A stretch of DNA of 57,698 bases from a virus (Duplodnaviria > Caudoviricetes). The stretch's first letter is position 1. Each line of letters begins with the position of its first letter. The stretch is taken from positions 1 to 57,698 of the IMG/VR virus record IMGVR_UViG_3300020109_001608, one strand, 5' to 3'. Below, piece by piece: positions 1 through 9,763 of the stretch. Both the position numbers and the translations under genes were made by a program. The notes beneath the pieces were generated by a model. The model was given only the letters and a program-made list of their open reading frames with translations. It searched no databases and was not told where the DNA came from.

Positions 1-43
1 GGTGGTAATTTACTTGGACTTTAAGAGTCTATAGTTTGATAAC

Positions 44-49
44 TAAATA
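44..49 (+). promoter_or_regulatory. T4-like late promoter (TAAATA)
   Basis: CTAAATA about 30 nt upstream of the gp26 start. Confidence 0.7.
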
Positions 50-77
50 ATCACACTGAAACTTTCTATAGGATATT

Positions 78-797
78 ATGCCTTTACCAAAGATCGCTAC
101 GCCAACATATGAGTTGGAACTACCTTCAACTGGACAAACAATTCAATACCGTCCATTTTTAGTTAAAGAAGAAAAACTTTTAGTATTAGCATTAGAAAGT
201 GAAAATACAAAAGAGATTACAACTGCGATTAAAAATGTAATCAAAGCTTGTATTAGTACAAAGGGAATCAAAGTAGAAACTCTACCAACGTTTGATATTG
301 AATATCTTTTCTTAAACATCAGAGGCAAATCTGTTGGAGAAGAGATAGAAGTTAATATTATCTGTCCCGATGATGGCGAAACTTTTGTTCCTGTAAAAAT
401 TAATATTGATGATATTGGAGTCCAAAAGAAAGAAGAACATACAAATAAAATTCAGGTTGATAAGTCAATCATCATGGAAATGAAGTATCCTTCACTGGAT
501 CAATTCATCAAGAGTAATTTTGATTTTTCTGAAAACGCTGCGATGGATCAATCATTTGATCTTGTTGCATCTTGTATTGATAAAATTTATAATGAAGATG
601 AAGTATGGACTTCATCAGATTGTACGAAAAAAGAGTTGATTGAGTTCCTTGAGCAGATGAATTCTTCTCAGTTTAAAGAAATTGAAAGATTCTTTGAGAC
701 CATGCCCAAACTTTCTCACGAAATCAAAGTTAAGAATCCAAAAACTGAAGTTGAAAGCACTGTCGTTCTGGAGGGTCTCTCAAGTTTTTTCGCATAG
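78..797 (+). CDS. gp26: Baseplate hub subunit/assembly chaperone gp26
   Basis: MPLPKIATPTYELELPSTG..YRPFLVKEEKLL, FDIEYLFLNIRGKSVGE, FFETMPKL and C-terminal LEGLSSFF are typical of T4-like gp26. Confidence 0.9.
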   Translation: MPLPKIATPTYELELPSTGQTIQYRPFLVKEEKLLVLALESENTKEITTAIKNVIKACISTKGIKVETLPTFDIEYLFLNIRGKSVGEEIEVNIICPDDGETFVPVKINIDDIGVQKKEEHTNKIQVDKSIIMEMKYPSLDQFIKSNFDFSENAAMDQSFDLVASCIDKIYNEDEVWTSSDCTKKELIEFLEQMNSSQFKEIERFFETMPKLSHEIKVKNPKTEVESTVVLEGLSSFFA

Positions 798-815
798 CAC
801 TGGTCCACATGGACC
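785..815 (+). other. Candidate -1 programmed ribosomal frameshift signal (gp26 to gp51)
   Basis: In-frame T_TTT_TTC heptamer at 785-791; hairpin GGTCC-ACAT-GGACC at 802-815; the -1 frame is open and in frame with gp51. Confidence 0.6.
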
Positions 816-976
816 TTGAAAGTTATTTCAAGCTTAATTTTTCTTTGATGCAGTACCATAAATATTCATTAACTGAGATTGAAAACTTAATTCCTTGGGA
901 GAGGGATATTTACGTTGAGCTCTTAAAGACGCATCTAGAAGAAGAAAAATCAAAGCAGCAACAAAATGGAACCTGA
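809..976 (+). CDS. gp51: Baseplate hub assembly protein gp51 (55 aa, below the ORF-track cutoff)
   Basis: Manual translation MDLESYFKLNFSLMQYHKYSLTEIENLIPWERDIYVELLKTHLEEEKSKQQQNGT; the LMQYHKYSLTEIENLIPWERDIY motif is characteristic. Confidence 0.85.
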   Translation: MDLESYFKLNFSLMQYHKYSLTEIENLIPWERDIYVELLKTHLEEEKSKQQQNGT

Positions 977-3026
977 CGACCTCGATGATCTATTAGCAAG
1001 TATAAAAGCAGAAAGTAAAAGAGAATCCGCTCTTGCTTTGTATGAAGGCGTTCGTGAGGATGATTTAGTTGATGAGAATATTGACGAAAGAATTTTAGAA
1101 ATACTTGGTTTAGAGTATGTAAACGATTTTACTTATGGTGAATATAAGCAACATCTTTTTGAGGCTCTCCAAAAAATAAATACAGGAAAGGATAAATCAA
1201 CTGATAGGGCAATGCTCCTTCAGGATGAGTTTAGAAGAGTAAAAAATAAAGTCGGTAAATTCAAAATCAAAAAGAAAAAAATTACTGCAGAAAATCTTGG
1301 TGTCACTGGTCCTGTTAAAGTCTCTACTGAAAGATTTTATCTAACATCAAAAGCAATTATACCTCAACCAGCAGCAGCTGCTGAAGGAAAATCGGAAGAT
1401 ATAAAAGATATTAGCCAAGCACTTGATGATTTGTTAAAAAGCATAAGAGATCAATACAAGCACGAACAGAAGAAAGCAGAAGAAAGCAGAAAGGAAGATG
1501 AGCAAAAGAAAAGAGCAGGTAGAGAGAAAGAACTAGAAAAACCACTTAAAAAAGTATTAGGGGCACTCAAGAAAGTAGTTGCTCCATTCCAAAGTATTTT
1601 GGATAGAATCTTAAAATTCATTCAATTTACTTTCCTTGGATTCTTACTTAATAATGTTATGAAGTGGTTTGCAGACCCTGCGAACAAAAAGAAAGTTGAG
1701 GTAATTGGTAGGTTCTTAAAAGATTTTTGGCCTGCTATATTAAGTGCTTACGTTTTATTTGCGACTCCATTTGGTAAACTTGTCAGAACAACTCTGACAC
1801 TCTTGCGTTCTTGGATTCCCAAGATGGCAAGATTTTTAGTAGCAAATCCTTGGATAGCAGCAGCTGCTGGAATTGCTGGTCTTGCGATTGCTGCTAATGA
1901 AGTTACAGGGCAGCGTCAAGCAGCATCAGTTCAAACTGAAAATAAAGCAAACGCACAAACGGGTCAAGGAATGGGTCTTCAGGCAACTGACACTATGACT
2001 GATAAAGTTCCAAGTGTTGGTGATATGGGACCAACAACTCCATATGGAATGCTTCAAGGAGTTGCAGGTGGCGGTAGAATTAAAAGAAGATCCTTCTTTG
2101 GTGGGAGCAGAGATGTCAATGTAAAAGACATTGCATTTGAAGAGGGGGGTGGAATCAATGATGATAGTGGAGTAAGAATTACTGGTGCAGGTCCTGATAC
2201 TCAACTCATTGCTGCTCAACCTGGCGAAGTTATGATGTCTAAGAAGGCAGTTGATAAGTATGGAGCAAACTTCTTCTTGGGATTAAACAAGAGAGCAGGT
2301 GGAACTAACATTCCAAGAATGGTAAACAATATTCAACTTGCTCAAGGTGGAGGAGTAATTAAAAAACAAATTCAAACTTTCCAAGGCGGCGGAATGATTG
2401 GAGCATTGGGCAGACTTGGACTGCCTGGTACAGGAAGAGTTATGGCACCTAAAGGAGAACAATTTAGTGGTCAACAAACAACAGTAGATAAATTTTTGGG
2501 AATGACTATTCCTGGATCTCAAAAATTTACAACTTATGGTCAAGGTGATATAGAAAGATACAATAAACTTAATCCAACAAGTCCACTTGTGTCTGGACAA
2601 GCAATGTATAGAAGTCCAGATGGGATGAGTCAATACACCGCTCCAACAACAAGGACACAATCATCAAGAAGTTCATTTGTTAGCGATGCTTTCAGAAACT
2701 TTGGACAGAATGTAAAGACGATTAAAGGTGCTGCAAGGCGTCAAGAGATTATGATGAGACAGATGGGAGTTAAGCCAGATGGATATGTAAATCTTCGTGG
2801 ACAACCAATCAATTTAGGTCCACAGTCTAGAGCAATGCCTGTAGGAACTCCAACAATTATCTCAAGAACTCAAATGATTGTCCTCCCACCAACGACAACT
2901 GTTGCAAAGAAACCATCAATTCCAACAATATCTGGAACTCAAATTCCTGAGTTTAGTATTGTTGCTAATACAAATCATAGGTCACTTGTTTCAAGTGCTC
3001 TTGGAATCTCTGATTTGGTAGGATAA
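966..3026 (+). CDS. Tape-measure/baseplate hub-like (gp29-like) virion protein
   Basis: Position after gp26/gp51; charged coiled coil followed by hydrophobic helices; ITGAGPDTQLIAAQPGEVMMSKKAVDKYG motif seen in tape-measure-like proteins. Confidence 0.55.
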   Translation: MEPDDLDDLLASIKAESKRESALALYEGVREDDLVDENIDERILEILGLEYVNDFTYGEYKQHLFEALQKINTGKDKSTDRAMLLQDEFRRVKNKVGKFKIKKKKITAENLGVTGPVKVSTERFYLTSKAIIPQPAAAAEGKSEDIKDISQALDDLLKSIRDQYKHEQKKAEESRKEDEQKKRAGREKELEKPLKKVLGALKKVVAPFQSILDRILKFIQFTFLGFLLNNVMKWFADPANKKKVEVIGRFLKDFWPAILSAYVLFATPFGKLVRTTLTLLRSWIPKMARFLVANPWIAAAAGIAGLAIAANEVTGQRQAASVQTENKANAQTGQGMGLQATDTMTDKVPSVGDMGPTTPYGMLQGVAGGGRIKRRSFFGGSRDVNVKDIAFEEGGGINDDSGVRITGAGPDTQLIAAQPGEVMMSKKAVDKYGANFFLGLNKRAGGTNIPRMVNNIQLAQGGGVIKKQIQTFQGGGMIGALGRLGLPGTGRVMAPKGEQFSGQQTTVDKFLGMTIPGSQKFTTYGQGDIERYNKLNPTSPLVSGQAMYRSPDGMSQYTAPTTRTQSSRSSFVSDAFRNFGQNVKTIKGAARRQEIMMRQMGVKPDGYVNLRGQPINLGPQSRAMPVGTPTIISRTQMIVLPPTTTVAKKPSIPTISGTQIPEFSIVANTNHRSLVSSALGISDLVG

Positions 3027-3030
3027 TTTT

Positions 3031-5955
3031 ATGGCAGTCATAGACTCTAAGAAATTATTACCAACAGGAAAACCAGGCGGTTCTATTGTAGAATCGCAAA
3101 GACCTTTCTTAGTTCCTGCGAGTAATATCTCTTTTAAAAAGTCTATTGATATCTCACAAAAACTTTTAAAACCAGCGGATAAAGAAGCACAAAGACCTGG
3201 TGACGATCTTATACTTATTAAGAAAAATGTTTTAGAGATAAAAGATATTTTCAGCAACATGTATTTACTTCAGAGAAGTGAAGATAATCGTAAAAGAAAA
3301 TTAAAAGAAAAAGAAGAAGCAGAAGAAAGAGAAAAGCAATTAGAAAAAAACCCACAGGCAAAAGAAGATCCAAATAAGTTACCAAAATTATCTATTCCTG
3401 GAAGAGGCATTCTTGATACGATTAATCGTTTTCTTGCTTTTACTTTCGCTGGATTTTTAATTAATAACTATTCCAAATATCTACCAAAATTATTAGAATT
3501 TGTAAAGTACATTACTCCAGTCACTAATTTTATAGGATCTTTTGCAAAAAACTTAATGAATGGAGTAATTACATTTGTTGATTTGGGATATAAAGCATAC
3601 GATCAAGTTAATAAAACGATTGAAAGTATTGGCGGAAAGGATGCAGCAAAAACATTTGATGATTTTTCAAGTAAATTAAACATTCTTTTGAATGGTTCTA
3701 TTGTTGCTGCTATGTTAATTGCTAGCACTACTCCCAAAAAAATAAAACCAAAGATTGGATTTGATAGATTTGGAAGAAGAGTAGGACAAGATACCCAAAG
3801 AAGATATCTACAGAGATATGGAGAAAGACAATTTGCGGACAGATTTGGAAAGAAAAATCTACAAAAACTTGCCACAAGTGGAACAACTAATCTTGCCAAA
3901 GGAACAGTAAGACAATCATTACGATCAGTAGTAGGAGTTCCAATCATTGGTTCTCTCATTGGTTTTGTTATTGATACTGTTGTTTTTCGTGAGAAACCAA
4001 CAAGAGCGGCAGCAGGTGCAGTTGGAAATGCTGTTGGACAAGGTATCGGAATTGCTCTTGCTGGAGGAACTACTCTTGGACTTGGTGCTGGTGTTGGTAT
4101 GTTTATCGGTGGATTTCTGGGAGACATTGTTGGAAAATCTTTATATGATGCTTTTGTTGGTTATCAACCAGAACCTACACAAGCAAAAGCACAAGGCGGA
4201 CAAATATCAAGAGGTGGCAGGAGACAAACTGCACCATCAAGACAAATAAGAAGAGTCGCACCAAGACCAAGACGAGTTCAACCACAAAGAACTCAACCTG
4301 GAAGAGATGTTGGTGGAATTAAAAAGATTGAAGCTCTCTATGGTCAAGACAAACCAGGACAAAAGAGTGGACTAAGAGCTCTCAAAAATACTTCAAGTTA
4401 TTTGAAAGGAGTATCAGTTCTGAATGGATCTCTTGGAAATATCATGGGTGCATCTGTTGACTTGGCGATGGGTCAAAAGTTTGACAAGAAAACAATTAGA
4501 GCAATGGGTGATCAGTTTGGATTTGCCATCCAAAATATGGTTGATAACCAAGTCTCCATGTCTTTAGGTGATATATCAAGACAACTTGCGATGGCAAATG
4601 GTGGTGTAGTTCCTTCTAGAAGAATCGGAGAGGGATTGAGTGTTGGTGCTAGAGTTAGTATGTTAATATCTAATGCTTTATCAATCGCACTTCAAAGTTC
4701 TGCTGAAAAAGTTTTACGTAATTTAAATCAAGAGTTGAATTTGGAAGGAGGTGCTCCTGATAGTATGCCACCAGGACCTGGGGGTGGACCTGATGGAGGA
4801 CCTGGAGCAGGAACCGTTTCAGTTTCTAGCGATAGTCCTGATTTTTGGTTACTTGCTGTAGGGTCTTTATTGGAGAATTCTCATCCACAAGGAGCAGCAG
4901 ATGTTGCTCAAGTGATATACAATAGGGTCTCATCTCCTTCTTGGCCAAGCACTATAAGAGATGTAATATTGCAAGGTAATGGTGATCAGTTTCAACCTGT
5001 TAGAGATTATGGAAATATTTCTGCCTGGAAATCAATAAAAGATAAAGAATCTGCAGTAGATTTTATAAAAAAATATGGTAAAGGTAGAACACAATCTCAG
5101 TTAGAATCTGTTGCTGCTTCATTATTGGATTCTTCTAGACAAAGATCTGCAAGAAGTTTTGTAGGACCAAGAGATAGTTTTAGAGCGACCTCTTTTGAAG
5201 ATAGAGAAAATCATCTTGCAGATGACACTGAACAGAGAAGACATGGACATGTTTTTGGATTTGAACCAGGAGGAGCACAAATTGGTTCATTTAGATCTGG
5301 TAAGTTATCTCCTGCTCAAGTTTCTCCACAAACAAGAGGAACAGTAACTCAGATTAGTGCTAAGGGATTGCCTTTGACTGGAGAAAATGGAAGATTGAAA
5401 CCCTCACAACTTACAAGAGTTGGAACATTAGTTGGTGGTGTTGACTATCAAGATTGGTATGGTAATGGTGCATATTTAAGAAATGATGCTGCAGCTGCCT
5501 TCTTGGCTGCAAAGGAACAAGCAAAAAAAGAAGGTATAACTATACCCATTACAAGTGCATATAGAAGTTTAGAACATCAAAGAGCAATTCAAGGAAAATA
5601 TGCTGTTGTTGCTGCTCCAGGAACTTCCCGTCATGGAGAAGGAACTGCTCTAGATATTCAAACAGGAACTGCAGGTTATGCTTGGTTTGTTCAAAACGGA
5701 CCAAATTTTAGATGGAGATATATGGCAATACCTGGAGACCCAGTTCACTTTGAATATGTCGGTGGATTTAAACCAACACAAAAGCAAAATAAAGTAAAAC
5801 TTTCTCCAATTTTTGATAGAACTCAAGCAACATTAGGTCCATCAAAGCTAAAATCAACTGATGTTGCAATGAATACAAGTTACTCTCAAAACGGAATGGT
5901 TGCATTTGAAAATAATACAATCCTCTACCAAAAGGAATTTGTGCTCACAGGTTAA
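3031..5955 (+). CDS. Tape-measure/hub-like virion protein with SleB-like cell-wall hydrolase and M15B (VanY-like) peptidase domains
   Basis: LLENS..GAADVAQVIYNRV..WPSTIRDVI..QFQPV (Hydrolase_2-like); SAYRS..Q..A.PGTSRHGEGTALD..DPVHFEY (M15 SxHxxGxAxD). Confidence 0.75.
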   Translation: MAVIDSKKLLPTGKPGGSIVESQRPFLVPASNISFKKSIDISQKLLKPADKEAQRPGDDLILIKKNVLEIKDIFSNMYLLQRSEDNRKRKLKEKEEAEEREKQLEKNPQAKEDPNKLPKLSIPGRGILDTINRFLAFTFAGFLINNYSKYLPKLLEFVKYITPVTNFIGSFAKNLMNGVITFVDLGYKAYDQVNKTIESIGGKDAAKTFDDFSSKLNILLNGSIVAAMLIASTTPKKIKPKIGFDRFGRRVGQDTQRRYLQRYGERQFADRFGKKNLQKLATSGTTNLAKGTVRQSLRSVVGVPIIGSLIGFVIDTVVFREKPTRAAAGAVGNAVGQGIGIALAGGTTLGLGAGVGMFIGGFLGDIVGKSLYDAFVGYQPEPTQAKAQGGQISRGGRRQTAPSRQIRRVAPRPRRVQPQRTQPGRDVGGIKKIEALYGQDKPGQKSGLRALKNTSSYLKGVSVLNGSLGNIMGASVDLAMGQKFDKKTIRAMGDQFGFAIQNMVDNQVSMSLGDISRQLAMANGGVVPSRRIGEGLSVGARVSMLISNALSIALQSSAEKVLRNLNQELNLEGGAPDSMPPGPGGGPDGGPGAGTVSVSSDSPDFWLLAVGSLLENSHPQGAADVAQVIYNRVSSPSWPSTIRDVILQGNGDQFQPVRDYGNISAWKSIKDKESAVDFIKKYGKGRTQSQLESVAASLLDSSRQRSARSFVGPRDSFRATSFEDRENHLADDTEQRRHGHVFGFEPGGAQIGSFRSGKLSPAQVSPQTRGTVTQISAKGLPLTGENGRLKPSQLTRVGTLVGGVDYQDWYGNGAYLRNDAAAAFLAAKEQAKKEGITIPITSAYRSLEHQRAIQGKYAVVAAPGTSRHGEGTALDIQTGTAGYAWFVQNGPNFRWRYMAIPGDPVHFEYVGGFKPTQKQNKVKLSPIFDRTQATLGPSKLKSTDVAMNTSYSQNGMVAFENNTILYQKEFVLTG

Positions 5956-5958
5956 ATA
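5953..5958 (+). promoter_or_regulatory. Late promoter TAAATA overlapping the upstream stop codon
   Basis: TTAAATA just upstream of ATG 5972. Confidence 0.55.
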
Positions 5959-5971
5959 CTTATAAAAAGAT

Positions 5972-7291
5972 ATGCTAACTAAAGAGTCTTTAACATATAA
6001 TAAATTTGAGGTATACTCAAACTCAAACAAGAAGTTTGCAGACATTAGATCTGGAACTCCTAAGGTAGAGTATCGTGAAAGTGTCTTTAGCCCTTTTGTG
6101 ATGATCAATGTATTTGTAATTGAAACTGGAAACAGTATTGATTCTGATACTGGCGATGGGCTAGTCTCAGTTCTTGAAGGATTAAAACTTCAAGGAACAG
6201 AAAAAGTTTTGTTTGAAATTGAAGATGCGAATGGAAATAAAATCAAACTTACTGATGATGATGACTTGAGAGTTGCTAGCGTATCAAGAGTATCTCAGTC
6301 ATTTAAAAATATTACATATGCTTTGAATGTGGTATCTAAAGAAGCGTATGATAATACTCTACTCGAAAACAGAGTGAGAAGAAAGTTTGATGGTAAAGTA
6401 TCTGAATGTGTTAGAACCGTTTTAACTCAAGATCTTAAAACAAAAAAGAATATTGATATTGATTCGACTCTTAATACTTATACTAAATGGGGAGTGGATG
6501 ATTATCCCTTTGAAAAAATATTAGATTTTCAACAAATTGCAATTCCTGATATCCAAAATGCATCTGGCAAAACTGCTGGATATCTTTTCTGGCAAACTTC
6601 TGAGGGATTCAAATTTAAGTCATTAGATAAATTATTTGATACCAAAGGAAAAAAAATTAAAAGATATATTGAAAACAAAAAAGTTGATTATGCAAGTGTT
6701 CCTGCAGGGTTTGATGATAAAATTTTATATTCTAGAATTGATAGAACGATTGATGCATTATCTCAATTTGAGTCCGGTGCATATGGAACTGTGATAGAAG
6801 TTTATGACCCAGTAAACAAAACATACGTTAAGAACACGCCTTTTGTTGCACCATTAGAAGGAAACGGAGTCATAGCGGGAAAAGAATTGCCAGAGTTCAA
6901 TTTAGATTTGAAAGAAAAAGCAACCGTTCGTATTCATCCGAAAAGGGATATTGGACAGACATTTGGGTCTGGAGACTCTTTTGATAAGCAAGTAGAAAAA
7001 AATACCGTAGAGGGTATTGTAATGGAAGAAGTTTTACAACAAACTCAACAAAATTTTAGACAGAAGTTTAATATGTCTGCTGAAATTATTATACCTGCAG
7101 ACTTTAGTTTACATGCAGGAGATTTGGTATATTGTGAGTTTCCAGAACTATCAACAAAGAATACCCTTACAAAAACCCCCAAGGATAGTGGCATATATAT
7201 GATATCGGATCTATGTCATTATGGTGATAAGTCCAAAACTTATACCGGTTTACATTTGGTCAGAGATTCTTTCGGTGTAAAGGTAATCTAA
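5972..7291 (+). CDS. Baseplate hub protein (gp27-like)
   Basis: YRESVFSP, LQGTEKV, GYLFWQTSEGFKFKSLDKL, DFSLHAGDLV and SGIYMISDLCH..T.LHLVRDS motifs; located just before gp5. Confidence 0.65.
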   Translation: MLTKESLTYNKFEVYSNSNKKFADIRSGTPKVEYRESVFSPFVMINVFVIETGNSIDSDTGDGLVSVLEGLKLQGTEKVLFEIEDANGNKIKLTDDDDLRVASVSRVSQSFKNITYALNVVSKEAYDNTLLENRVRRKFDGKVSECVRTVLTQDLKTKKNIDIDSTLNTYTKWGVDDYPFEKILDFQQIAIPDIQNASGKTAGYLFWQTSEGFKFKSLDKLFDTKGKKIKRYIENKKVDYASVPAGFDDKILYSRIDRTIDALSQFESGAYGTVIEVYDPVNKTYVKNTPFVAPLEGNGVIAGKELPEFNLDLKEKATVRIHPKRDIGQTFGSGDSFDKQVEKNTVEGIVMEEVLQQTQQNFRQKFNMSAEIIIPADFSLHAGDLVYCEFPELSTKNTLTKTPKDSGIYMISDLCHYGDKSKTYTGLHLVRDSFGVKVI

Positions 7292-7292
7292 A

Positions 7293-7508
7293 ATGGAAAG
7301 AAGTATTCAACAACACATTAATGATGATAAAGACGAACTCGATAATCCATCGATTAGTTCTCAACGTCGTCGTCATCTAGAAAGTGAATTAGATTCACTA
7401 GAAAAATATCAAACAAATCATCCAGATGCAAGTCACGATCCAACTTCATTGGAATTATATTGCGATCAACATCCAGACGCATCAGAATGTAGGATTTATG
7501 AGGATTAA
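7293..7508 (+). CDS. cp12: CP12 Calvin-cycle regulator (auxiliary metabolic gene)
   Basis: C-terminal DPTSLELYCDQHPDASECRIYED is the CP12 signature; no N-terminal Cys pair. Confidence 0.92.
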   Translation: MERSIQQHINDDKDELDNPSISSQRRRHLESELDSLEKYQTNHPDASHDPTSLELYCDQHPDASECRIYED

Positions 7509-9763
7509 TGGCAGAGTCATCTCAAAATAGATACTTTAGAAAAGAACTAGAAAAGAGACTTGGCAAAACCATCATAGGTATAGGTCAAATTGACGCAGAA
7601 ACTTTTGAAGTTGCTCAACGTCAACAGGGAAAGTTTACTGAATACAAAGAACAAGCATCTGGAATTCTTCTCAATAAGTACAAGGTTAGAATTTGTCATG
7701 CGACAAATGAAAGTGAATCTATTAATAATTTAATTGATGCGTATGGACAGGCACCTACCTCTGGACTCAGGGGAGAGCTTTGTCCTGTTCCAACTTATCC
7801 AGTAAACACTTATGTTACAATCTATAGAGACCCTTTAACGGAACTCTATTACATTGATGAGGCACATCCCAATACTGTAGTTGATTTACCTTCTAAGAAG
7901 AACACTCCTGGTTGTGGTGCTGCAAGTGGATTCATTCCTGGTTCAGCAAATTTCAAAGTTCCTCAAACCCATCAAGAACCTAGTGGTAAAGGGGTGGCAA
8001 AAGGTTCAGAAGTTCTTAGGAATACTGTACCAAGCAAAGAGGATAAAAAACAAAGTTCACACAACGAAAGCGTAACAATACCAAGTCCTTGCATACCGGT
8101 TGATACTGCTGCTATCAATAAAGAACTTGAAGGTCTTATTAAGTTTGTTGAGGATCTAAGAACAGGAGTTCTTGGTGAAGATAGTTTTCTCTCTACCAGT
8201 CAAGAATTTCTAGGGCAAGTTCAATCAAAGGTAAGTTCTGTATCTAAAATAATTTCCAATTCTATTGCTTGGTTGATTCAACAAATTAGAAAATATGTAA
8301 TGAGAAAAGTCAATGCAGTTGTTAATAATACGATAGGTAATGTTTATTTAAATATTAGATATTCAGTATTAGAGGCAAAGGATGGTGCTTTAGATTTAAT
8401 ATCATGTTTATTTTTAAAAATTTTAAGTAATCTTGCAAATTTCATAGGAGATTTTCTTAATTCATTTATTGATACAGTATTAAATACTGGATTATGTGTA
8501 ATTGAATCTTTCTTATCATCTTTAATTGGTGCGATATTGCCTTCAATTTTAAATGCGGTAAATGCTATTTTAGGACCTATTTCTAGTTTGATTGGGTCTG
8601 CAATTAGTCTTGCAAATGATGTCCTCACTTTCTTAGAAGGTATAATTGATTTCTTGACTTGTGACATAACACAACTTTGCCCTGCAACAAATGAGTGGAA
8701 TTTCTTAGAGGGTGGTCTTGATTCTTCAGGATTTGGAACTCTTGATTTTAATTCAATATTTGAAAGTGCAAAATCATTTGCTGATGATATCATCTCTCTT
8801 GGAGATGTTCCTGGAGATGTTATTGGTAGTCTCTCTGGCATCAATGCAGAACAAGCAATCAACAATGCTGTTGATGCTGCAGCAAGTTGTTTAGGATTGT
8901 TTGAATGTGGTCCGCCAACAGTTTCTTTCTGGAATCTTGGGTCTGGAGGTGGAACAGTCGCTGATGCTGTTGTAAGTATTACTGGAGAGATACTTGGTGT
9001 TAATATTACCACACCAGGAAAAGGATATACAAATCCTCCGAATGTATCATTTAATGATTCTTGTGGATCTGGAACGGGAGCATATGGAACTGCTGTCATA
9101 GGTGACTATGAATACACTGACCCAGAGACTGGAGAAACTTCAACACAGACTGGAGTTCTTGATGTGATAATGGATAATTCTGGTTATGGATATCTTCCTG
9201 CTCCAGATGGAAGTATTGGTGGAATGGGAAGAACTATTGCTGGTCGTTGTCAAAGTTTGATTATAAGGGGGAATACGAAGAAGCGGGAAGGTCCTTTTGA
9301 ACCAGGTACAGTTCTCAACATAAGAGCAGGAGATACAGTACGACTTGCTGGTGTTCCAGAATACATTTCAGAAGTTAATGAATCTATCACAACACCACCA
9401 TGCCCAGATACAGTAAAACCAACATCACCATCTTCAACTTATTCTGTCGTCACTTCCATTGGTAATGTTGTTATCAGAGATCCTGGATTTGGATTCACTC
9501 CTGGTGATACGATTACTGTGACACCTGATAATGGAGCAGACATAACTCCTGTTATTACTGATGGATCAATAACTGGTGTGGTCATTAATAATCCTGGAAT
9601 TGGATTTGCTGGTATGCCAGTGTTAACTCTAAATACCAATACAGGTTATAATGCTACTTTATTACCTGTCCTTTCATTCAAGAGAATTGGTGAAGATACT
9701 GCGTTTGATGTTCCAGCAGGAACTAAAGTTATTCAGGTTATTGATTGTGTAGGTAAAAATTAA
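7508..9763 (+). CDS. gp5: gp5-like baseplate hub protein (divergent OB-fold N-terminus, no lysozyme domain)
   Basis: IGQI...YKVRI OB-fold-like start; Cys-containing helical middle; PGxGY/NPGxGF repeats; ends VIQVIDCVG as in cyanophage gp5-like proteins. Confidence 0.65.
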   Translation: MAESSQNRYFRKELEKRLGKTIIGIGQIDAETFEVAQRQQGKFTEYKEQASGILLNKYKVRICHATNESESINNLIDAYGQAPTSGLRGELCPVPTYPVNTYVTIYRDPLTELYYIDEAHPNTVVDLPSKKNTPGCGAASGFIPGSANFKVPQTHQEPSGKGVAKGSEVLRNTVPSKEDKKQSSHNESVTIPSPCIPVDTAAINKELEGLIKFVEDLRTGVLGEDSFLSTSQEFLGQVQSKVSSVSKIISNSIAWLIQQIRKYVMRKVNAVVNNTIGNVYLNIRYSVLEAKDGALDLISCLFLKILSNLANFIGDFLNSFIDTVLNTGLCVIESFLSSLIGAILPSILNAVNAILGPISSLIGSAISLANDVLTFLEGIIDFLTCDITQLCPATNEWNFLEGGLDSSGFGTLDFNSIFESAKSFADDIISLGDVPGDVIGSLSGINAEQAINNAVDAAASCLGLFECGPPTVSFWNLGSGGGTVADAVVSITGEILGVNITTPGKGYTNPPNVSFNDSCGSGTGAYGTAVIGDYEYTDPETGETSTQTGVLDVIMDNSGYGYLPAPDGSIGGMGRTIAGRCQSLIIRGNTKKREGPFEPGTVLNIRAGDTVRLAGVPEYISEVNESITTPPCPDTVKPTSPSSTYSVVTSIGNVVIRDPGFGFTPGDTITVTPDNGADITPVITDGSITGVVINNPGIGFAGMPVLTLNTNTGYNATLLPVLSFKRIGEDTAFDVPAGTKVIQVIDCVGKN

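Noticed and set aside
8344-9099. 251 aa minus-strand ORF, and similar ones at 3603-4127, 10225-10788, 19673-20101 and 34799-35263
   Set aside because: Fully antisense to well-supported + strand genes, with no motifs or expression signals
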